Assembly: GCA_023245765.1 (NCBI GenBank)
Contig: JAHFJP010000004.1
Span: forward strand, 375-64,374
Source of the DNA: Candidatus Peribacteria bacterium
Lineage (GTDB): Bacteria > Patescibacteriota > Gracilibacteria > Peribacterales > Peribacteraceae
Direction of reading: 5' to 3'
Length of the DNA stretch: 64,000 nt
Position numbers and translations under genes: made by a program. This document shows positions 58,533 to 64,000 of the stretch, in pieces. Position 1 is the stretch's first letter. Every line of letters begins with the position of its first letter. The notes beneath the pieces were generated by a model that was not told the DNA's origin, did not search any database, and worked only from the letters and a program-made list of their open reading frames with translations.

Positions 58533-58539
58533 GGGAAAA

Positions 58540-58887
58540 TCACTGCAAACCGTTGACGAAGAGTCCCACGAGCGATCGTGCGAGGAAGACGATGATGAGA
58601 CCGATGACCACGTACAGGATGATCTTCTTCGCCTTGTCCTTGGCTCCCTCCTCGCCTCCGCTCAGGACCATGTAGATGCCCGCAGCCACGACCATGATCA
58701 CGCCGGCGAGCGCGAGGAAGCCGAGCGCCTTGTACAGGAACGAGAGGATGACCGCCCGCAGCGGCTGTTTGATCGGCCCGTTGATCTGGGCCGCCTGAGC
58801 CACGCCACCCTCCAGTCCGGGGCCGTTGAAGACTTGCGCCGATGCTGTGGAAACGAAGAAGTACGCACGCAGGAGGAGAGTGTTCAT
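58540..58887 (-). CDS. VirB2/TrbC-like type IV secretion pilin-family small membrane protein
   Basis: Signal peptide then two hydrophobic helices separated by SGGEEGAKDKAKK. This architecture is typical of T4SS pilins found in small-genome bacteria. It lies 7 nt upstream of the 840-aa gene. Confidence 0.65.
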   Translation of the reverse strand: MNTLLLRAYFFVSTASAQVFNGPGLEGGVAQAAQINGPIKQPLRAVILSFLYKALGFLALAGVIMVVAAGIYMVLSGGEEGAKDKAKKIILYVVIGLIIVFLARSLVGLFVNGLQ

Positions 58888-58975
58888 AGCGGTGTGAGAG
58901 GAGTGGGTTTTCGTTTGTATTATAGCAGAATACGCGAATTTGGGCCAGATCCAATCCCGACCCTATACTCGTCCC

Positions 58976-59965
58976 ATGCGCCCCTCCTCCTCTGTCCTTC
59001 TCAAGCATGCAGGTTGCTCCGCGTTCCTCGTCACCAACCTCGTCAACATTCGCTATTTGACGGGCCTGCCGGTCTCCGCGGGCGTCGTTCTGGCGCTCCC
59101 TCGGCGCTACGTGCTCTTCGTTGATTCTCGTTACCGCGACATGGCTGAGAGGATCTCCGGCTCGGTGTCCGTCAAAGATGTGTCCGAGCTTCCCGACATG
59201 ATGAAGGACGTCCGCGAATGCGGGTTCGAATCCGAAGACGTCACGGTGCTGCGTAAATCTTCCTGGAGGAAAAAATTTCCGAAGACGACCTTCGTTCCCA
59301 CCGTCGGTGTGCTGCAGGATTTCCGCCGGCAGAAGGACAGAGAAGAACTCGTGAATTTGCGCAGGGCGCACCGGATGACGAAAGAGCTCCTGCGTCGTGT
59401 CCCCTCGCTCCTGCGCCGCTCAATCACCGAGGAGCGGCTCGCACGGCAACTCATCGTTTGGGCGCTTGAACTCGGTGCCGAGGGATTATCGTTTGATCCC
59501 ATCGTCGCGTTCGGTACGCACACGGCATGTCCGCATCACCGACCGACTTCCAGGCTTCTCCAGAAAGGTCACCTCGTGCAGATTGATGTTGGCGTCAAAT
59601 ATCGCGGCTACTGCGCCGACATGAGCGAGGTCTACTTCACCGTGAAGCCAACCAAGACTCAGGACCAGGTCTACAGGACCCTGTGTCTCGCAAAGAACCG
59701 CGCGACGAAAGCCGTGAAGATCGGAGCGAGTACGCATGATCTGGATAACATTGCCCGCGGCATTCTCACGAAAGCCGGTATCGAACAGTACTTCACGCAC
59801 TCACTTGGTCACGGAGTGGGGCTCGACATTCACGAGGGACCGTCGCTGAGCAAGAAGGCGAAAGATCTCGCATTACTCAAGAATGAAGTGATCACCATTG
59901 AGCCGGGGGTCTATTTCCCCGGCAAGTTCGGCATGCGCGTGGAGGATATGGTCTATGTAGAGTAA
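58976..59965 (+). CDS. M24 family Xaa-Pro aminopeptidase
   Basis: HSLGHGVGLDIHEGP, ITIEPGVY and GMRVEDMV metal-ligand motifs. Confidence 0.9.
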   Translation: MRPSSSVLLKHAGCSAFLVTNLVNIRYLTGLPVSAGVVLALPRRYVLFVDSRYRDMAERISGSVSVKDVSELPDMMKDVRECGFESEDVTVLRKSSWRKKFPKTTFVPTVGVLQDFRRQKDREELVNLRRAHRMTKELLRRVPSLLRRSITEERLARQLIVWALELGAEGLSFDPIVAFGTHTACPHHRPTSRLLQKGHLVQIDVGVKYRGYCADMSEVYFTVKPTKTQDQVYRTLCLAKNRATKAVKIGASTHDLDNIARGILTKAGIEQYFTHSLGHGVGLDIHEGPSLSKKAKDLALLKNEVITIEPGVYFPGKFGMRVEDMVYVE

Positions 59966-60010
59966 AGTTGACAGACCAGCCAAGAAGATTGCGCTATACT
60001 GAGGAGAAAC

Positions 60011-61408
60011 ATGCACACCAAAACCGACATCCTTCTGGCTGCGTTTGTGATGGCACTGCTGATGCCGTGGAATGTCTTGACGCAGGGAACGGGACCGACC
60101 GCCGGAGCGGACGCGCTGTTTCAAAAAGGGGAGGCATTTGAACAGGATCTCGTCATCACCGCGTACTACTCACCGTTGCCGGATCAATGTTGCTACATCA
60201 GAGGAAGTCTTTCGGCGGATATCGAGCTCAATGGTGAGGGTCATCATGGCGCCGATGGCACCGAGGTCTATCCGGGAATGGTCGCCGCGCCGCCGAGTTA
60301 CCCGTTTGGTACGCGCATCATTCTGCCGGGGATCGGCACTGTCACGGTGCACGATCGTGGCGGTGCGATTCAGGAATGGAAGAGTGCACATCGGCTCGAT
60401 CTCTGGGCGGGTTACGGAGAAGAAGGCCTCGCACGAGCGATTGCGTTCGGTGTGAAGAGAGTGCATGCAGTCGTGTATCCGCCAGGGACGCCACAGCCGA
60501 CGGAGTCCATTGATCTCGCCGCACTCGAAGCTCCTCCGGATCAGCTGCGCCCGTATTTATCAGACACGACGACGCTCCTCGATATCCACGCCGAGCTCGG
60601 ACAGAAAACGGCATCGGTCGTGTTCCTGCAGGAGCGTCTCAAAGCAGTCGGATATTTTGATGAGAACGTGAACGGCTTTTTTGGTCCGGCGACCCAGAAA
60701 AGTCTCGCGGGTTTCCTCAAAGATATGGCGCTCGCCGAGCCCGATACAACGCTGACCGAAATCTCTGCCGCGCATCTGGAAGCCGCTTTCCGCCGCGTTG
60801 ATGCCGTGGATCCCATTGCGTTTCCCGTGGATCCCGAGAGCGCTCCGGCGCGTGTGGCGGAGGCACAGCGGACGTTGCGGTTCCTCGGTGCCTACAATGG
60901 CCGCAGCAATGGTCTCTACGACAAGCCATTCAAGGATGCCGTCCTCGCGTTCCAGAAAAATCAGGGCATCGTCGTGTCGGATTCCGCGGCAGGTGCTGGG
61001 AGAATCGGGCCGCAGACGCGCGCGCGAATCATTGCGCTGTGGCGACGCAAGCTTGCCGGCATCGGTGCGACGCGGCTGATCGCCATGCGGAAGATCGATC
61101 AGATCATCGCGAAGCGCGGATTTGATCTTCGTCAGTACCTCGGCAAAGGCGACCATGGCGACGACGTCCGCGCGCTCCAGAAGCTCCTTGCTTCGAAAGG
61201 CTATCTTGAGAACGAAAACGTGACGGGCAAGTTCGGAGCGCAGACGGAACTGGCGCTCATCGCGTACCAGAAAGATTCCGGCATCATCGCCGACGCGTCC
61301 GATGCGGGTGCGGGCTATGCAGGACCAGCGACGCTTGCGCGGTATCGGCAGGATGTCCGTCATTCCCTGATTCAAATCGTCCGTGCGCGCGGCTGGAATG
61401 CAATCTAA
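60011..61408 (+). CDS. 3D-domain (MltA-like) cell-wall protein with three PG_binding_1 repeats
   Basis: ITAYYSPLPDQ...ELNGEGHHGADGT...VHDRGGAI...RLDLW (3D domain). Three repeats of the LQxxLxxxGYxxxxxxGxFGxxTxxAxxxFQ type. Confidence 0.85.
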   Translation: MHTKTDILLAAFVMALLMPWNVLTQGTGPTAGADALFQKGEAFEQDLVITAYYSPLPDQCCYIRGSLSADIELNGEGHHGADGTEVYPGMVAAPPSYPFGTRIILPGIGTVTVHDRGGAIQEWKSAHRLDLWAGYGEEGLARAIAFGVKRVHAVVYPPGTPQPTESIDLAALEAPPDQLRPYLSDTTTLLDIHAELGQKTASVVFLQERLKAVGYFDENVNGFFGPATQKSLAGFLKDMALAEPDTTLTEISAAHLEAAFRRVDAVDPIAFPVDPESAPARVAEAQRTLRFLGAYNGRSNGLYDKPFKDAVLAFQKNQGIVVSDSAAGAGRIGPQTRARIIALWRRKLAGIGATRLIAMRKIDQIIAKRGFDLRQYLGKGDHGDDVRALQKLLASKGYLENENVTGKFGAQTELALIAYQKDSGIIADASDAGAGYAGPATLARYRQDVRHSLIQIVRARGWNAI

Positions 61409-61517
61409 TGTGATGCGTCGCACGGCTTTTTAAGCCGTGCGGCTACAGCACGACCACCCTACTCACGGCTTGAAAAGCCGTGACACCCACCCCTCCCACC
61501 TCTATCATTGTTTCCTC

Positions 61518-62591
61518 ATGCGCCGCTTGATCCTCGGTCTCTTTTTGGCGTTGTCCGTTCTCCCATCTCTTGCAGCCGCGCAGTCTCCGGCGCTCACCCG
61601 CCGAGATGGATTTCTGCTGCTCTGGAACAGTATTCATCGCAAGATCGAAGACAATCGCGAGAAGCCGTTCACGGACGTTCCGAAGGGTTCGTCAGGCTTT
61701 GATGAAATCACCTACGCGAAGTACCGCGGCATCCTCGATGATGATGAAAATTTTCACCCCGACAATCCACTACTGCTTTCGGACGCTCTGCTCTGGCTCT
61801 ATCGGACGCGCAGCGTGGATGATCTCTCCCGGCTGGCAGTGAATGATCTCCCGGCGCTCCTGCTGCGCTATCCTCTCGGAGAATTTGTCGAGCGCGTTGC
61901 CGGGGAAAAGCGTGATGAAACCCGCGTCATTTCTCGCCCAGTAAGCGAAGATGAATTGCTCTCCCTGATGCGGAAAATCGACGATCTTCTTGTTCACGAG
62001 GATCATGAAGTCAGCCTCTATGGAGAGAAGTTCCAAGGGAAGGGGACGGCCTTCGGCGAAACATTCGACATGAACGCGTTCACTGCCGCGCACCGGACCT
62101 TCCCGTACAACACACTCGTGAAGGTGACGAACATCGCGAACGGAAAATCCGTCACCGTCCGGATCAACGATCGCGGGCCGTATGTGGAGGGTCGCGACAT
62201 GGATTTGAGCGTTGCAGGATTCACCGCGATCGAAGATCGTTCCAAGGGTGTGCTGCGCGCCACGTTCCAGCGCCTGGGGGATGCGACGCTCGTCGGGCAA
62301 TGTTCAGATTCTGATCCGAGGCGCGCGATTCGCATCACCAAAGACGTCCGTCTCATCGGCGGCGTTCCGGCCACGCTCCCGCTCGGCAAAGATCTTGTTT
62401 TCCGCTCCACGCGGGCGTTCGTTCTGCGTTCTGTCCGGTATCCCGATGGCACCGTGACCTCACTCGAAGACTGGATTCTCCCGGGCGAGTCGCATCCGTT
62501 CACTCCGTCCGTCCAAGGCGAGTATCTGTTCACGCTCGGATCGAAAGAGGGGAGGAAGAGAGAGTTGAGAATGGTGGTGGTATCTTGCTGA
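61518..62591 (+). CDS. rlpA: RlpA-like double-psi beta-barrel lytic transglycosylase family protein
   Basis: Signal peptide MRRLILGLFLALSVLPSLAAA. GKGTAFGETFDMNAFTAAHRTFPYNTLVKVTNIANGKSVTVRINDRGPY. Confidence 0.85.
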   Translation: MRRLILGLFLALSVLPSLAAAQSPALTRRDGFLLLWNSIHRKIEDNREKPFTDVPKGSSGFDEITYAKYRGILDDDENFHPDNPLLLSDALLWLYRTRSVDDLSRLAVNDLPALLLRYPLGEFVERVAGEKRDETRVISRPVSEDELLSLMRKIDDLLVHEDHEVSLYGEKFQGKGTAFGETFDMNAFTAAHRTFPYNTLVKVTNIANGKSVTVRINDRGPYVEGRDMDLSVAGFTAIEDRSKGVLRATFQRLGDATLVGQCSDSDPRRAIRITKDVRLIGGVPATLPLGKDLVFRSTRAFVLRSVRYPDGTVTSLEDWILPGESHPFTPSVQGEYLFTLGSKEGRKRELRMVVVSC

Positions 62592-63122
62592 TCAATTGGT
62601 CTCGATGATTCTTCTCGCATTCTCACGGTCACGCAGCCCGAATTCAAAACCCAGTGCCAGAGTTTTATTCAAAACACTGGCGAATGTCGCAGACATATCC
62701 CTGATCGTTTTTTCAAGTTCAACCAGTTCCGGCATCGAACCACTTGTGATCCCTTCACTCTCTGGATCAACACTGACTGATCCTCTTCCACTCGCTGCGA
62801 AAGAAATTCCTTGCGAGAATTGCGCACCCAAGACCAGGAAGATTTTTCGTCCAAACGTCGCCAGCAGTTGTTCAAAGGCTGCCGCTTCGTCCTCATTCAT
62901 CGGTACGCATGAAATATGTACCAGTTCTCTGCCGAATTGTTTCAAAAAGGGATGTAACAATTTGATGGCACCATCAATCGAATCTTCTTCCAGCGTATCA
63001 GCAGAAACAGCATGATTCCGATTTTTTTCGGCTGAAATGTATACACACAGCATCAATGGCATTAAAACATAAAAATTATTATTGTGCAATTTCTGCTTCG
63101 GCAGAGAAGCCATCTTCCTCAA
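62592..63122 (-). CDS. hypothetical protein (176 aa)
   Basis: ATG ORF in a lower-GC patch. Its stop directly abuts the rlpA-like stop (convergent). No family recognised. Confidence 0.5.
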   Translation of the reverse strand: MRKMASLPKQKLHNNNFYVLMPLMLCVYISAEKNRNHAVSADTLEEDSIDGAIKLLHPFLKQFGRELVHISCVPMNEDEAAAFEQLLATFGRKIFLVLGAQFSQGISFAASGRGSVSVDPESEGITSGSMPELVELEKTIRDMSATFASVLNKTLALGFEFGLRDRENARRIIETN

Positions 63123-63175
63123 AAATGCTTTTTCTGCTATAATTAACAGATTTCCCCGTACCCAAAAAAGACCCT

Positions 63176-64000
63176 GTGGTCACGTTCCTCCGCATCCTCA
63201 TCTGGCCCATCGCGCTGCTGACCATCGAGATCGTCAGCCGCTTCCTCGGCTCTGATTTCCTCGAATGGGTATGGCACTGGTACATCCAGCATCCGTTCTG
63301 GAATTTGCTGATGCTCTGGTGTTACTGGGAGGTCTGGAAACTCGTGGTCTTCGACATGCGCTTCTACTACGCGTGGTGGAAGGCAAAATCGCTCGTATCA
63401 CTCAAGGTTCTGCTGCCGCGCAGCGACAGCAAAATCGATCAGGAGAAGCGCACCGAGAAAGACTTCAAGGAAAAAGTGGCGGTGATGGAGCAGCTCTACC
63501 GCGCGCTCTGGGAGGTCAAGAACCTGAGCTTCTGGCAGCTGATTCATTTCTGGATCTTCCGGTACGCGACGATGTGCTTTGAGATGTACGTCGAAAAGGG
63601 CGAACTCGCGTTCTACGTCATCACGCAGCCGAGTCTCGTTTCGATCGTCGAAAAGCAGATCACGTCGTTTTACTCCGATGCCGAAGTGACGCTCCAGAAG
63701 ACGCCCGAAATCTGGACCAAGGGCAGCAAGCTCGTCGGCTACAACATGCGCACGCGCAAGTCGTGGGCGTACCCAATCCGCTTCTACGAGGAAATGCAGG
63801 ACGATCCGCTCAACGATATCGCCAACGTTCTGAGCAAACTTCTGCCGGACGAAGAGGCATGTATCCAGCTGATCATCACGCCGGTTTTCAGTGATTCGTG
63901 GAGCGCCAAGGTCAAGCGGTACGCAAGCATGAAGTTCAAAGGCAAGAACGACAGCTGGGCCGGCCGGATTCCGATTCTCTCGACTCTCGTGAAAGTGTTC
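63176..64000 (+). CDS. N-terminal part of a second VirD4/TraG-like ATPase paralog (runs off the window end)
   Basis: Frame is open from stop 63140-63142 to the window end, with a GTG 63176 candidate start. FYVITQPSLVSIVEKQITSFYSDAEV parallels FFIVSPRPLAHLVEKQITSFYPDAIV of the 20929-23415 protein. N-terminal TM helices are present. Confidence 0.65.
   Translation, partial: MVTFLRILIWPIALLTIEIVSRFLGSDFLEWVWHWYIQHPFWNLLMLWCYWEVWKLVVFDMRFYYAWWKAKSLVSLKVLLPRSDSKIDQEKRTEKDFKEKVAVMEQLYRALWEVKNLSFWQLIHFWIFRYATMCFEMYVEKGELAFYVITQPSLVSIVEKQITSFYSDAEVTLQKTPEIWTKGSKLVGYNMRTRKSWAYPIRFYEEMQDDPLNDIANVLSKLLPDEEACIQLIITPVFSDSWSAKVKRYASMKFKGKNDSWAGRIPILSTLVKVF

Overview
64-kb window, moderately high GC by eye, standard genetic code (TGA, TAA and TAG all end recognisable genes). 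Conserved core genes sit among many orphan ORFs, surface and secretion proteins, and dense intergenic repeats. This style suggests a reduced-genome uncultivated bacterium, possibly CPR/Patescibacteria-like, but that is inference only. Confident genes: fusA, ribD, an FMN-reductase-like flavoprotein, class II ribonucleotide reductase (nrdJ), ychF, tsf, rpsB, glyQS, an S41 C-terminal protease, dedA, rpsU, gyrB, hisS, tRNA-His, a P-type cation ATPase, an M24 aminopeptidase, and cell-wall enzymes (3D/PG-binding, RlpA-like, sortase). The F-type ATP synthase genes are in non-canonical order: atpD-atpC, then an opposite-strand gene, then atpZ-B-E-F-H-A-G. Accessory content: two VirD4/TraG-like ATPase paralogs, a VirB2/TrbC-like pilin next to an 840-aa PKD/Pro-rich membrane protein, two Cys-rich (DUF4215-type) surface proteins, a methyltransferase + 2OG-oxygenase + orphan cluster, a sensor-less sigma-54-type activator, and a degenerate LeuA-like ORF. 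Most interesting: (1) tRNA-His is followed by two 86-nt tandem units that each rebuild the tRNA-His acceptor helix, and these form the hisS leader. (2) A FASTK/OPR-like helical-repeat protein with a DUF559/RAP-type nuclease-fold domain splits the ATP synthase cluster. (3) A 72-nt tRNA-like element has an Ala-type G3.U70 stem and encoded CCA but no cloverleaf core. (4) Several families of long hairpins built from tandem 8-9-mers start exactly at stop codons, and half of one lies in frame inside gyrB. No CRISPR array, rRNA, transposase or integrase was recognised. All calls come from reading the sequence and ORF translations. No database search was run.
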